Positions 1-10,460 are shown, counted from the first letter of the stretch. The stretch: 64,000 bases of DNA from Gemmatimonadota bacterium (GCA_039591655.1 JBDHDE010000035.1:1-64000), one strand, 5' to 3'. Notes: a model not told the origin generated them from the letters alone. Numbers and translations: made by a program.

Positions 1-56
1 TGCAGGACGACCACCTTGATCGTCTTGGCACCCATGTCGATTCCCGCAGTGATCAT
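1..56 (-). CDS. bzdP: Benzoyl-CoA reductase ATP-binding subunit (BzdP/BcrD-like), 5' end only, runs off window
   Basis: Translates [18 protein letters not shown] (ASKHA ATPase GIDxG motif); ATG overlaps the TGA of bzdO (ATGA coupling). Confidence 0.7.
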   Translation of the reverse strand, partial: MITAGIDMGAKTIKVVVL

Positions 57-1384
57 GACCTACTCCCGCTGCCTGCCAAGCTCTTCGCGAAGCCCAAGGT
101 CTCCATGAAGGTGTCGACGCGCGTTTTTGTTCGCGCGAGGTCAAACTCGCGCTCATCACCCATGTTTCCCTCGAAGGTCATGACCGGGAAGCCGGCCTCC
201 AGCAGGCCCAGCCGGTTCTCGGCGATACCGACGCTCAGGCCTTCGCATCCTCGGTTGTAGTGCAGCATCACGCCATCCAGCGACCACTCCTTGGCGATCC
301 GCACCATCATGTCGGTCTTGAGGTGCGGTGAGTAGAAGTGCTGCCACTCCGGCTTGTGCAGGTTCCACTCGGCGAGGATGCGCAACGCCCGGTCCCGATC
401 CTTGATTTCGACGCCCTGCTCCTGCGGCGTCGTGCGCGGACCCCAAGTGCCGTCAGGCTTGTCTTCCCACATGCCGATCAAGCCGAACGTGTAGAGGGAT
501 CCCACTGAGATAGCCCCGAAGTCCTCGAGGTAACGAAACAGGCTGAGGAAGCCCCAGGGCGGCTGGGTATCGGACATCAACCGGCACCGTTCATTGGGGA
601 TGGCGGCGATCTGATTCGCCACCCTGTGCTCCACCTCGTCGCGCAACTCCTCATAGAAGTCGGCCACGACCTTGCTGTGCTTCATGAGGGTGCCCAGCAC
701 GTAGAGGGAGTACATCGTCTTCTCTTCGAGCGGTGCCGGAACGGCCTTGTTCAGCGTGCAGATTTCCGCCCAGAGCGAGGTCGAGCGACACTCATTGTAG
801 ACCGCGTCGATGAGCTTCTCGTCGTCGTACGTGCGCCCGCTGACCTGCTCGAGCCACTCGATGCCGTCGTGCATCTGGCCGACGATGTAGTCCAGCTTGT
901 TGTCGTTGATCTCTCCGGCCGGCCCGACTGCGACGTCGACGCAGAAATGCGGGATATCCGGCTCGTGGTCGCACACCACCTGGTACCATTTGGCGTGACT
1001 ACAGCAGATGTGGTCCTGCCAGATGAAATCCGGCTTCGGGAACGAGCCACCCCACAGGTATTCATCGAGGAGGATCGAGCCCCAGTAGTTGCGCATATAG
1101 GAGCAGAGATCCCTGGCATAGCCCGCCCGCTCGGTCGCTTCCAGGCACTTCAGGGAGAACTCCTTGTTGGCCGAAATAGAGGCCGCATAGGGCTCGCTGG
1201 TGAGGCTGTACACATCGTCGCCCAGGCCGCAGGGGACCGCGCCAAACGTCCAGGCGCCACCGGCCCACCTGATGCCGCCGTTGTCGTGGGCACGCGCGTA
1301 GTCCCGGTAGTAGGTCTCCCGGATCTCCTTTGCTCTGCCCCAGCACTGGAGCGGCTGTGTCTTGTAGGTCTGTTTGGCGGCCAT
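53..1384 (-). CDS. bzdO: Benzoyl-CoA reductase, Bzd-type subunit O (2-hydroxyacyl-CoA dehydratase family)
   Basis: [43 protein letters not shown] motifs; cluster context; likely start MAAKQTYKT at 1384. Confidence 0.88.
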   Translation of the reverse strand: MAAKQTYKTQPLQCWGRAKEIRETYYRDYARAHDNGGIRWAGGAWTFGAVPCGLGDDVYSLTSEPYAASISANKEFSLKCLEATERAGYARDLCSYMRNYWGSILLDEYLWGGSFPKPDFIWQDHICCSHAKWYQVVCDHEPDIPHFCVDVAVGPAGEINDNKLDYIVGQMHDGIEWLEQVSGRTYDDEKLIDAVYNECRSTSLWAEICTLNKAVPAPLEEKTMYSLYVLGTLMKHSKVVADFYEELRDEVEHRVANQIAAIPNERCRLMSDTQPPWGFLSLFRYLEDFGAISVGSLYTFGLIGMWEDKPDGTWGPRTTPQEQGVEIKDRDRALRILAEWNLHKPEWQHFYSPHLKTDMMVRIAKEWSLDGVMLHYNRGCEGLSVGIAENRLGLLEAGFPVMTFEGNMGDEREFDLARTKTRVDTFMETLGFAKSLAGSGSRS

Positions 1385-1398
1385 GCTGCGTTCCCCCG

Positions 1399-2589
1399 TC
1401 ACTCGAAGAGGTCCTCGTCGCCGAGCATCTCGAGGAAGGCCTCGACCCTCACCTTGAACTGACCAACCGGCACAGTGACGTCAAACTCGAGGAACAGCGT
1501 CTTGATGCCGCTTGCCTCGAGAACCTTCCGTATCGCGGGCGTGTCGAGCTCGTGCGGATCGCAGAACTTCTGTTGCATGACGATCGCACCTGCCACGTCC
1601 CACTCCCTAGCGAGTTTGAGGATGTGTGGAATCCTCCGTCGCTCCACCCAGTCCTTGGTGGGGCATGGAACCCGATCGATGTAGCGCGCGGCGATCGCCT
1701 CCAGACGGTTTTCCCGCGGTTCCACTTCGTTCCAGAAGTAGCGTGTCCCGGTGCAGTGTTCGTCCACCACGAAAGTTGCCCCGCACGATTCCACCATCCG
1801 CAGGAACTCCGTGTCGTCGTCCTCGCTGCCCACGATCATCAGACGGACACCGGTAGCGCGGTCGGTGGACCGACCCGGCAGTGCGCCGAGGATACGCTTC
1901 AGTTCCTGATTGTGCTCTGCCTTGTCCGTCATCTGGCAGGCGATGACCATCTCCATGGCCTCCTCGCCGGTCAGCGGTGGGTTGTCCTGCTTGCGCAGGT
2001 CGTACACGGCGTGGAGCAGACGGCGGTTCTCGTTGTAGACGTCGGTGGCCCTGTCCAGGTCGTCATCGGTGATCTGCTTACCGGTCCACTCCTCGACGGC
2101 CGTCTTGAATGTCGCAAGCTCTCCCGTCAGGAATGGCAATGCCCGTGGACTCTGCACGTGGTGCGGCATACAGAGGTAGTAGCTGAACTCCGTAGGCCGA
2201 TGCTTCTCCCACGACGTGAACGCCTGGCGGATGTGCAGGCATGACTGGGCGATCATGATCCCGTCGAGGTACTCGTACCGTCCCTTGAGTCCTTGGGCCA
2301 GGCAGTCCCGGCAGAAGGGACAGAACATCCCGAAGATGTGGGGCTCAGTGACGTCCTGAGGCTCGTGGCTGCCGAGAATGCGTACGGGCAGGACCCCCGC
2401 CGCATGCAGGATCTCCTCGGGCACGTAGGTGCAGAAGTAACCCAGCACCTTGCCCCCGGTGCGCTCCTTCCAGGCCCTTGCGTACTCGTGACGGTTCTCC
2501 TCCCAGTCACGAAACGTGTCGAACGGTCCGGATGCGACGTGCGACGGAACGGAGGTCGAGGGGTGGCTCGGAATCATCGACGGCTCCAC
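1399..2589 (-). CDS. bzdN: Benzoyl-CoA reductase, Bzd-type subunit N
   Basis: [32 protein letters not shown] motifs; adjacent to bzdO; start uncertain (2589 or 2577). Confidence 0.88.
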   Translation of the reverse strand: MEPSMIPSHPSTSVPSHVASGPFDTFRDWEENRHEYARAWKERTGGKVLGYFCTYVPEEILHAAGVLPVRILGSHEPQDVTEPHIFGMFCPFCRDCLAQGLKGRYEYLDGIMIAQSCLHIRQAFTSWEKHRPTEFSYYLCMPHHVQSPRALPFLTGELATFKTAVEEWTGKQITDDDLDRATDVYNENRRLLHAVYDLRKQDNPPLTGEEAMEMVIACQMTDKAEHNQELKRILGALPGRSTDRATGVRLMIVGSEDDDTEFLRMVESCGATFVVDEHCTGTRYFWNEVEPRENRLEAIAARYIDRVPCPTKDWVERRRIPHILKLAREWDVAGAIVMQQKFCDPHELDTPAIRKVLEASGIKTLFLEFDVTVPVGQFKVRVEAFLEMLGDEDLFE

Positions 2590-2592
2590 AGG

Positions 2593-3036
2593 CTATCCGG
2601 CCTTGGACCAGGTAGTACCCGGCTGTTCCAGGCTGTAGTAGACCTTGATCTCCTCCAGCTCCTCGAAGATGCGGGGAACGACCTGCACCTCCATCCCGAT
2701 CGCGATGTCGTCTTCCGGGATCGTCTCGCCGAACCAGGCGAGAGCCTTGCCCCCATCCTCCAGGTCCACCACTCCCACAGTGTAAGGGGCCACGTCCTCG
2801 AAACCCGTGGGCGCCGCGACGATCTTAGTGAAAGTGTGGAGCGTGCCCTTCCCGCTCACCTCCACGAACTCGAAGTCGTCACTCATACACGCGTCGCAGT
2901 CTGCGCGCGGCGGAAACGATGTCGTCCCGCACTTCTTGCAGCGGGAGCCCATGAGACGACCGTTCCTGAGATGCCGCGCGAAGTCCGTGACCTTGGTGTA
3001 CGGCGTGTAGTTCACCTTCCCGAACCACTTGAACAT
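2593..3036 (-). CDS. Zn-ribbon/OB-fold (DUF35) protein, thiolase partner
   Basis: CKKC...CDAC zinc ribbon followed by OB-fold (GTLHTFT...APYTVGVVDLEDG); directly downstream of thiolase. Confidence 0.85.
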   Translation of the reverse strand: MFKWFGKVNYTPYTKVTDFARHLRNGRLMGSRCKKCGTTSFPPRADCDACMSDDFEFVEVSGKGTLHTFTKIVAAPTGFEDVAPYTVGVVDLEDGGKALAWFGETIPEDDIAIGMEVQVVPRIFEELEEIKVYYSLEQPGTTWSKAG

Positions 3037-3039
3037 CGC

Positions 3040-4194
3040 TCAATCCCTCTTGAGGATCTGGACGAAGCAGTACTGGCCGATGCCGCCCACGTTGTGTGTG
3101 AGCCCGACATCGGCATCCGGCACCTGGCGGTTCTCCGCCTCGCCCCGAAGTTGTTTGGCTATCTCGTAGGTCATGGATACGCCCGTCGCGCCGATGGGGT
3201 GGCCCTTAGCCTTGAGCCCGCCGTCCACGTTCACCGCCACCTTACCCCCGATGTAGGTCTGGCGGTCAGCCACGAACGGCCCGCCCTCGCCCTTCTTGCA
3301 GAAGCCGAGATCCTCGTAGGCCATGATCTCGGCGACGGTGAAGCAGTCGTGCACGTCTGCCACCTTGACGTCCCCGGCCTCGATCCCGGCCATGCGGTAC
3401 GCTTCGCGGCCGGCCTCCTCGGCGCTGGGGAGGCCCACGAGGCTCGGGCGCCGCAGGACCGACATAGTGGCGGTGGCGCACGCCATGCCGTCGAGCCAGA
3501 CCGGCTTGTCGGACAGCGCCTTGGCCTTCTCCTCGCTGGCGAGGATGACGCACGCTGCCCCGTCCGCGTTGGCGCAGCAGTCGTACACCTGGAACGGGGT
3601 AGCCACGTCCTCCGACGCCGACGCCTTCTCCTTAGTGATCTCCTTGCGGAACAGGGCGTACGGGTTCATCGCGCCGTAGTGATGGTTCTTCACGGCGACG
3701 TCCAGCAGATGCTCCCGCGTCGTGCCGAACTCGTGCATGTGGCGCTTGGCGAACATGGCGTAGTAAGCGGGGAACGTGGTGCCGAAGCCCGACTCCCACT
3801 GGACCTCCCCGACCCGGCCCATGAGCGCCAAGATCTCCGACGTGCCGAGCTCGGTCATCTTCTGGCAGCCGATCACGGCGACGACGTCATGGACCCCCGA
3901 CTTGATCGCCATCCAGGCCGTCCGCATCGCGGCGCTTCCCGACGCGCAGGCCACCTCGGTGAGCCAAGTGGGCTTGGGCACGAGCCCGAGGTACTCCTGG
4001 ACCACGCCCGCGAGCGAGCGCTGCTTGTGGTACTCGGGGACGGAGCCGATCACCGAGGCGTCGACCTGCTTCCGATCGATCCCCGCGTCCTCCAGCGCTC
4101 CCCTGAAGGCCTCGAAGGCCAGCTCCTGCACCGTCGCGTCGCTGCGCCGGCCGAAGACGCCGTGCCCAAGGCCGATGATTCCGACTCGAGTCAT
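3040..4194 (-). CDS. Thiolase, SCP2/archaeal type (acetyl-CoA C-acyltransferase)
   Basis: VACASGS, VHDCFT, KGHPIGATG, THNVGG motifs. Confidence 0.88.
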   Translation of the reverse strand: MTRVGIIGLGHGVFGRRSDATVQELAFEAFRGALEDAGIDRKQVDASVIGSVPEYHKQRSLAGVVQEYLGLVPKPTWLTEVACASGSAAMRTAWMAIKSGVHDVVAVIGCQKMTELGTSEILALMGRVGEVQWESGFGTTFPAYYAMFAKRHMHEFGTTREHLLDVAVKNHHYGAMNPYALFRKEITKEKASASEDVATPFQVYDCCANADGAACVILASEEKAKALSDKPVWLDGMACATATMSVLRRPSLVGLPSAEEAGREAYRMAGIEAGDVKVADVHDCFTVAEIMAYEDLGFCKKGEGGPFVADRQTYIGGKVAVNVDGGLKAKGHPIGATGVSMTYEIAKQLRGEAENRQVPDADVGLTHNVGGIGQYCFVQILKRD

Positions 4195-4212
4195 CGCGTT
4201 CTCGTTTCCTGG

Positions 4213-4962
4213 CTACATGTATTGGCCGCCGTCGATCTTGATCACTTCACCCGTGATGTGGCGCGCCCGGTCCGAACAGAGGAAGGCCACCACGTCGGCG
4301 CACTCCTCCGGTGTCGCGAACCTGCCGAGCGCCGTCTCGTCCATCGCCTTGGTGAGGAACTCGGGCGGGATTCCCTCCGCCATCTCGGTCATCACCATGC
4401 CGGGGGCTACGACGTTGACGTTCACGTTGAACTTGCCGAGCTCCCTGGCCAGGGACTTGCTCAGGGCGATCTCGCCACCCTTCGAGGCGGCGTAGTTGGT
4501 CTGCGCGAACTTGCCCCGCAAGCCGTTGATCGACGAGATGTTCACGATCTTGCCGCTCTTCTGATCCTTGAAGACCAGCGCGGAGGCCTTGTTGTAGTTG
4601 AAATAGCCCTTGAGGTTCACGTTGATGACCGTGTCCCACTGCTCCTCGGTCATCTTCCAGATCACGCCGTCCCAGTTGATCCCGGCGTTGCACACCATGA
4701 TGTCGAGGCGGCCGAACGTCTCGACGACCGTCTGTACCATGTTCTGGGCGTCGTCGTAGCTCGCCACGTCGGCCTTGATGGCGAGACCCCTGCGCCCCAC
4801 GGCCTCGATCTGCCGCACGATCTCCTTCGCCTCGGTGTCATGGCGGCGGTAGTTGATGGCCACATTGCAGCCCTCGCGCGCCAGACCGAGCGCGATAGCC
4901 GCGCCGATGCCGACGCTGCCGCCGGTGACGATGGCGTTCTTCCCTTGCAGCCCTAGCTCCAT
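4213..4962 (-). CDS. Short-chain dehydrogenase/reductase (BzdZ/FabG-like, probable 3-hydroxyacyl-CoA dehydrogenase)
   Basis: TGGSVGIG, NAG, YAASK motifs; start MELGLQGK at 4962. Confidence 0.85.
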   Translation of the reverse strand: MELGLQGKNAIVTGGSVGIGAAIALGLAREGCNVAINYRRHDTEAKEIVRQIEAVGRRGLAIKADVASYDDAQNMVQTVVETFGRLDIMVCNAGINWDGVIWKMTEEQWDTVINVNLKGYFNYNKASALVFKDQKSGKIVNISSINGLRGKFAQTNYAASKGGEIALSKSLARELGKFNVNVNVVAPGMVMTEMAEGIPPEFLTKAMDETALGRFATPEECADVVAFLCSDRARHITGEVIKIDGGQYM

Positions 4963-5044
4963 ACCCGCTTTCTCCCTCTTTCTAGCTAAGTGTGCCGACA
5001 GGGCCCAACGAGCGATGCCCTGAGCGAGTGATGCGGCTCGGCCG

Positions 5045-6136
5045 TCAGCCCTTCTGATACTGGGGCGAGATCGCCCGGAGCAACTCATCGTCCCACGGAT
5101 GACCGTCGGCCAGCATCTGGCGCAGCTTGATGAAGTCCACCTCCCGCTGGCCCTTCGGACCCTCATTGAATGCCCGGAAGCCGGCCTTGGCCTCGGTCAT
5201 CATGTTGAGGGCCAGCCACTCCCGATTCGTGACGTTCGTGTTATCCCAGTGCCACTGCTTGTGCTTGCGCAGGCCGTTTACCGTCTTCGAGACGCAGTCG
5301 GGCATCAGCAGCAGGATCTTGGTGGCCAGGTTCTCGACCGCCTCATCGAGCCGCTCTAAGCCCGTCTCGGCCTTGGCGAGTACCGCCTTTGCCGCGTCTC
5401 GCTCGGCGCCGGCCTTGAAGTCGCCGTAGACGATGTTGCCGAACTCGTCCACGAACCGGTCGGTGATCACCATGGGGTTGGGGATCCACTTCCCGTCGAC
5501 CTTCGTCACCGGCACCACCTCGTTGATCAAGCCGATGAACAGCGCCTTGTGGGCGCTCCACATCTCGCACAGGATGCCACTCTCCATTGCCCGGGAGAAC
5601 CCGACATACAGTGGCAGGAAATCGGTGGATCCGCCGTCGGGGGCCGAGCCGTGCTTGGGACCGGCCTGGCCGAAGCGCGCCGTGTCGGCAGCGACAGTGA
5701 AGTCGCACGCCATGCCGATCTCCTGCCCTCCGGCGAGGCGCATCCCGTTCACGCGGTTGATCACGGGCTTGTCGCACCGCAGAATGGCGTCGATCATGTC
5801 GTTGAACAGACGCATGTATTGCTTGTATTCCTGCGGATTGCCGGAGTAGTACTCGGCGTACTCCTTGGTATTGCCGCCGGTGCAGAAGGCCTTGTCGCCC
5901 ACGGCGGTGAACACGACACAGACGACGCTGCGGTCCATGCTGGCCCGCCGGAAGGCGAGGATTACCTCCTTCACCGCGTCGGTGGTGTAACTGTTGTACT
6001 GCTTGGGATTGTTCAGGATGATCCAGGCGTTGTGGAGCTTCTCCACCGTCTTCCCAGCCTGGTCGCGGACGGGCCGCAACTCGTACAGGATGTGCTCGAA
6101 CTCGAGGCCGTCAACGAGTGTATGGCTCTTCAGCAT
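5045..6136 (-). CDS. oah: 6-oxocyclohex-1-ene-1-carbonyl-CoA hydrolase (Oah/BzdY/BamA)
   Basis: NNPKQYNSYTT, FCTGGNTKEYAEYY, GQAGPKHGSAPDGGSTDFL, WLALNMMTEAKAGF signatures. Confidence 0.92.
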   Translation of the reverse strand: MLKSHTLVDGLEFEHILYELRPVRDQAGKTVEKLHNAWIILNNPKQYNSYTTDAVKEVILAFRRASMDRSVVCVVFTAVGDKAFCTGGNTKEYAEYYSGNPQEYKQYMRLFNDMIDAILRCDKPVINRVNGMRLAGGQEIGMACDFTVAADTARFGQAGPKHGSAPDGGSTDFLPLYVGFSRAMESGILCEMWSAHKALFIGLINEVVPVTKVDGKWIPNPMVITDRFVDEFGNIVYGDFKAGAERDAAKAVLAKAETGLERLDEAVENLATKILLLMPDCVSKTVNGLRKHKQWHWDNTNVTNREWLALNMMTEAKAGFRAFNEGPKGQREVDFIKLRQMLADGHPWDDELLRAISPQYQKG

Positions 6137-6181
6137 CGTCTCTTCCTCCCCGCATGCCGCTGTATCATCGTCGTGCCGTGC

Positions 6182-7237
6182 TCAGGACGCCCAGTCCGGG
6201 ATCAGCACGGCGCGCTTGCCGATCTTGTGGTCGGCGACTCGCAGTATGACGTCCGGCGCTTCGCTCATCGGATATGACTCGATGAACGGTTTCAGGGTGA
6301 TCTTCCCGTCCGTGATCAGCTTCAGGGCCTCCGGGTAGAGCTCGGGCTTGCAGCCCCAGGTGCCCTGGGCGGTTGCATCGAAGGCCATCAAGTTGCTCAA
6401 GCGGACCTCGATCTTGCCCAGCGTGAAGCCCACGACGAGCATCGTGGACGCGAAGGTGAGGAGCCCGTAGGCCGTCTCCTGCCCCTTCGGGTGCCCCGAG
6501 CACTCGTAGATCTTCCAGCTGTGGCTGGCGCAGCCCCACTGCTTGGCGTGATCCTTGACCTGCTTCTTGAGCGCCTTGAAGTCGGTCTGTGCGGAGTTGA
6601 CCGTAAGGGCGGCACCGTGGTCGGCGATCGCGTCGAGCTTCTCCTGGTCGACGTCGATTGCCACGACCTTGGCCCCCATGGCTGCTGCGACCTGCACGCA
6701 GTAGGTACCGACGCCCCCGACGCCCACCACGACGGCGAGGTCGCCCGCCTGGAGGCAGCTACGGACTACTGCCTGGTACGGTGTGGTGACGGCGTCGGCG
6801 ACCACGGAGAGATCGGGCAGCTCGTACCCCGCCCGGTCCCCGACCTCGCACAGCCCCTGACCCGGCACCGCCACGTACTCGGCGAATCCGCCGTCGATGT
6901 CGTTACCCGGCATCATCTGGCTGCGGCACACGTTGCCGCGACCCTGCCGGCAGAGGTCGCACTGCCCGCAGGGGATCACGGCGGGCACGATGACTTCCTT
7001 GTCGATGAGGTGCTTGTAGGCGGGTCCGGCCTGCACCACGACGCCGCTGATCTCGTGCCCCAACGTCAACGGCAGAGCCTTCTTCGTGGGCACGCCGTCC
7101 TTCCAGAAGCCGATGTCGGTGTGGCATACGCCGCAGCCGGCGACCCGGACGACGACCTGATCCTCCCCCGCTTGTGGCTCGGGGACGTCCTGAATCGTCA
7201 GGGGCTCGCCCACACCAACCAGTTGGACCGCTTTCAT
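6182..7237 (-). CDS. had: 6-hydroxycyclohex-1-ene-1-carbonyl-CoA dehydrogenase (Had/BzdX), Zn-ADH family
   Basis: GCGVCHTD, GHE, CGQCDLC...C, WKIYECSG, RLSNLMAFDA, GTWGC motifs; upstream of oah. Confidence 0.9.
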   Translation of the reverse strand: MKAVQLVGVGEPLTIQDVPEPQAGEDQVVVRVAGCGVCHTDIGFWKDGVPTKKALPLTLGHEISGVVVQAGPAYKHLIDKEVIVPAVIPCGQCDLCRQGRGNVCRSQMMPGNDIDGGFAEYVAVPGQGLCEVGDRAGYELPDLSVVADAVTTPYQAVVRSCLQAGDLAVVVGVGGVGTYCVQVAAAMGAKVVAIDVDQEKLDAIADHGAALTVNSAQTDFKALKKQVKDHAKQWGCASHSWKIYECSGHPKGQETAYGLLTFASTMLVVGFTLGKIEVRLSNLMAFDATAQGTWGCKPELYPEALKLITDGKITLKPFIESYPMSEAPDVILRVADHKIGKRAVLIPDWAS

Positions 7238-7322
7238 GATGTACGCTCGTCGGCAGGGGTGGTGGTGGTCAGGGGCGCAGCCGCCGTAGGCAGATGCGTC
7301 CCGGTTCGCTCCGCAGTCACGC

Positions 7323-7952
7323 TCAGCCGCACGTCAGGCCTCCCACCAGGTGCTCGGCGAACTGGTTCCCGAGTTCGGGGGCGTGGATGGCGCCCTCCGG
7401 CCGGTACCACCGGGCGATCCAATTGATGGCGCCGAGAATCGCGAACACGGCGATCTTCGGGTCGACCTGGCGAAACTCACCGTCTCTGATCCCTTGCTCG
7501 ATGAACTGTCGTAGTCCTCGCTCGTACCGGTCCCGCGCGGCGATGACCTCCTGCTGGCGCTTGGGGGAGAGGGCGGTCACCTCGAACGCGAGGGGGGAGC
7601 CCTCGAGCGTGTCCGTCATCACCCGCACGTGCTCGCGGATGACGTGTGCGAGGCTCTCGGCGGCCGTGTCCATCGCCCGCGCCTCCTTCATCATGCGGTC
7701 GATCTCGCCGAGGGATTCGCGGTGGCACTCGAAGAGGATCGCTTCCTTGTCCGGGAAGTAGTGGTACAGCGCGGTCTTGCGGACTCCGATGCGCTCGGCG
7801 ATGTCGTCCAGTGTGGTGGCGTGGTAGCCCTTATCGCGGAAGGCCCGGAGGGCGGCGTGGAGGATCTCCGCGCGCCGCCGCCGCCGCTTCTCGCGGACGT
7901 GGGGTGAGAGAGTGGATGAGGCGCGTCCGTCGGGCATGGGCCCGGCTCCCAT
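7323..7952 (-). CDS. TetR/AcrR family regulator (KstR2/PaaR-like C-terminus)
   Basis: HTH GYHATTLDDIAERIGVRKTALYHYFPDKE; C-terminal GAINWIARWYRPEG; start 7952 or 7937. Confidence 0.88.
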   Translation of the reverse strand: MGAGPMPDGRASSTLSPHVREKRRRRRAEILHAALRAFRDKGYHATTLDDIAERIGVRKTALYHYFPDKEAILFECHRESLGEIDRMMKEARAMDTAAESLAHVIREHVRVMTDTLEGSPLAFEVTALSPKRQQEVIAARDRYERGLRQFIEQGIRDGEFRQVDPKIAVFAILGAINWIARWYRPEGAIHAPELGNQFAEHLVGGLTCG

Positions 7953-7959
7953 GGGCCAA

Positions 7960-8005
7960 TTTGAATGATAGTTCAAAATTTGAACGGCCGGTCGGATCGT
8001 GTCAA
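7960..8005 (-). promoter_or_regulatory. Putative sigma70 promoter with overlapping palindromic operators for the tetR-bzd operon
   Basis: TTGACA on minus strand (8005-8000); overlapping inverted repeats TTTGAA-N6-TTCAAA (7960-7977) and GTTCAAA-A-TTTGAAC (7971-7985) in an AT-rich patch. Confidence 0.55.
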
Positions 8006-8141
8006 GCACCGGGGCCGCCACGTGTCGGCTGGGTAGCTTTGGGGGGGCGGAAACCGACCGCGGTCGGTAGCTGTACCTGAGGTACGGCAGGAGATTGGGA
8101 TCCCAACGTTCAGGTCAACTGGGGAGGGAAGGGAGCTGGAT

Positions 8142-10433
8142 ATGCGACACCCATGGAAACGAAGCGTCGCGGGCCGCGTGATCGGTGTGGCCCTCGCCGT
8201 GGTGATGCTGGCGCCGGCGCTCCAGGCGCAGGTGGCCGACACACTGGATCTGGACCGCATCTTCAGCCGGTTCGAGTTCTTCGGAGAGCGGTTCGGGCCG
8301 GCACGCTGGCTGGAAGATGGCACCTACACGACGCTGGAGCGCTCGGAGGAGGTGCAGGAGGCGCGGGAGATCGTGCGCTACGACCCGGTGACGGACGAGC
8401 GCGAGATCATGGTCGCGGCATCGCTCCTGGTGCCGGAAGGGGAGGAGCGGGCGCTCTCCATCTCGAACTACCGGTGGTCGGAGGACGGCACCAAGCTGCT
8501 GATCTTCACCAACACCACACGGGTTTGGCGCTTCAACACGATGGGGGATTACTGGGTGCTCGATCTGGAGAGCGGCGACTTGCGGCAAGTCGGCGCCGAT
8601 CGCCCCGAGTCCTCCCTGATGTATGCCAAGTTCTCGCCCGACGGTACGAGAGTGGGGTACGTGAGCGAGAATAACATCTTCGTCGAGGACATCCGGAGTG
8701 GGGCGGTCACGCAGCTCACCGACGACGGCTCGGTGACGATCCTCAACGGCCGGTTCGACTGGGTGTACGAGGAGGAGTTCTTCCTGGGATCGCGCTTCCC
8801 GGCCGATGGCTGGCGCTGGAGCCCGGACGGCCGGAAGATCGCCTATTGGCAGCTGGACGCCGAAGGCATCGGTGTCTTCCTGCTGCTCAACAACACGGAT
8901 TCGCTCTACTCGCACACCATCCCAGTGCAGTATCCCAAGGTCGGTACCACTAACTCGGCCGCCCGCGTGGGCGTCGTTTCGGCCGACGGCGGCGAGACCA
9001 CCTGGCTGCAGATCGATGCCGACCCGCGCGACACCTACATCGCGCGCATGATGTGGGCCGACAACTCGGACGAGGTGATGATCCAGCACCTCAACCGGCT
9101 GCAGAACACGAACCGTGTCATGCTGGGCTCGGCGCGGAACGGCTCGGTCCGCACCGTCCTGACGGAGACCGACGAAGCCTGGACCGATGCCGTTGACGAC
9201 GTCTACTGGCTGGACGACGGAGAGAAGTTCACCTGGATGAGCGAACGGGACGGGTGGCAGCGTATGTACGTGGTGAGCCGCGACGGTGGTGAGATGATGC
9301 CCGTCACCCCGCCCAACGCCGACATCGTGTCGGTTCAGCTGTTGGATGACGAGGGCGGCTGGCTGTACTACACCGCATCGCCAGATGATCCCGTGCGCCT
9401 CTACCTGTACCGAGTGCCGCTGGACGGCTCGATGCGGGCCGAGCGGGTATCTCCGGCCGACATGCCGGGCTGGCACCGCTACCAGATCTCGCCGGACGCG
9501 CGATGGGCGTTCCACCGGTTCTCGACCTTTGACACGCCAACCGTCATCTCGCTCGTAACGCTCCCCGACCACCGGGTGCAGAAGACCTTGGTGGAGAACA
9601 CCGAGCTGCGGGAAAAGGTGACCGCGGTGAAGCGCGTGCCGACGGAGTTCTTCCGGGTGGACGTGGGCGACGGCTTGGTCCTCGACGGCTGGGTCATGAA
9701 GCCCAACGACTTCGACCCGTCGAGGAGGTATCCCGTCCTGTTCTACGTGTATGGCGAGCCGGCGGGCGCGACGGTCGTAGATCGCTGGGGCGGCATGCAG
9801 CTTATGTGGCACCAGTATCTCACCCAGCTCGGCTACGTCGTGATGAGCATCGAGAATCGTGGGACACCGGTGCCGCGCGGACGTGAGTGGCGCAAGGTGG
9901 TGTACCGCAAGAGCGGTGTGATCTCGTCGCAGGATCAGGCAGCCGCCGTGCAGGCGGTCGCTGACAGCTTCACATTCGTTGACGCCAACCGTATCGGCAT
10001 CTGGGGCTGGAGCGGTGGGGGGGTGAATACGCTCAACGCCCTGTTCCGCTACCCAGAGCTGTACCATACGGGGATCGCGGTCGCGTCACTGCCCGACCTG
10101 CGGTACTACGACACGATCTACATGGAGCGGTACATGGGGCTGCCTTCGGAGAATCCGGAGGACTACGAGCTGGCCTCGCCGGTCAACTTCGCGGACGGGC
10201 TCGAGGGTAACCTCCTGATCGTGCATGGCACCGGCGACGACAACGTGCACTATCAGGGCGTGGAGCTGCTGATCAACGCGCTGATAGCAGCCAATAAGCA
10301 CTTCACGATGATGGCGTATCCCAACCGGACCCACGGCATCTACGAGGGGAGGGGTACGACGCGCCATCTGTATGGGTTGATGACGCGGTATCTGCAGGAC
10401 AACCTGCCGGCAGGCGGCAAGCCCGGCACCTGA
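8142..10433 (+). CDS. Secreted S9B (dipeptidyl-peptidase IV-like) peptidase, paralog 1
   Basis: Signal peptide, DWVYEEE, GWSGGG nucleophile, HGTGDDNVH, YPNRTH. Confidence 0.9.
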   Translation: MRHPWKRSVAGRVIGVALAVVMLAPALQAQVADTLDLDRIFSRFEFFGERFGPARWLEDGTYTTLERSEEVQEAREIVRYDPVTDEREIMVAASLLVPEGEERALSISNYRWSEDGTKLLIFTNTTRVWRFNTMGDYWVLDLESGDLRQVGADRPESSLMYAKFSPDGTRVGYVSENNIFVEDIRSGAVTQLTDDGSVTILNGRFDWVYEEEFFLGSRFPADGWRWSPDGRKIAYWQLDAEGIGVFLLLNNTDSLYSHTIPVQYPKVGTTNSAARVGVVSADGGETTWLQIDADPRDTYIARMMWADNSDEVMIQHLNRLQNTNRVMLGSARNGSVRTVLTETDEAWTDAVDDVYWLDDGEKFTWMSERDGWQRMYVVSRDGGEMMPVTPPNADIVSVQLLDDEGGWLYYTASPDDPVRLYLYRVPLDGSMRAERVSPADMPGWHRYQISPDARWAFHRFSTFDTPTVISLVTLPDHRVQKTLVENTELREKVTAVKRVPTEFFRVDVGDGLVLDGWVMKPNDFDPSRRYPVLFYVYGEPAGATVVDRWGGMQLMWHQYLTQLGYVVMSIENRGTPVPRGREWRKVVYRKSGVISSQDQAAAVQAVADSFTFVDANRIGIWGWSGGGVNTLNALFRYPELYHTGIAVASLPDLRYYDTIYMERYMGLPSENPEDYELASPVNFADGLEGNLLIVHGTGDDNVHYQGVELLINALIAANKHFTMMAYPNRTHGIYEGRGTTRHLYGLMTRYLQDNLPAGGKPGT

Positions 10434-10460
10434 CGCCTCGCGGCGGCACCGAAGGACCTG

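Noticed and set aside
2293..4956. 887-aa plus-strand ORF and other long antisense ORFs (e.g. 8115-10067, 14883-16493, 45761-47272)
   Set aside because: Shadow or alternate-frame ORFs overlapping well-supported genes; expected in high-GC DNA; no motifs
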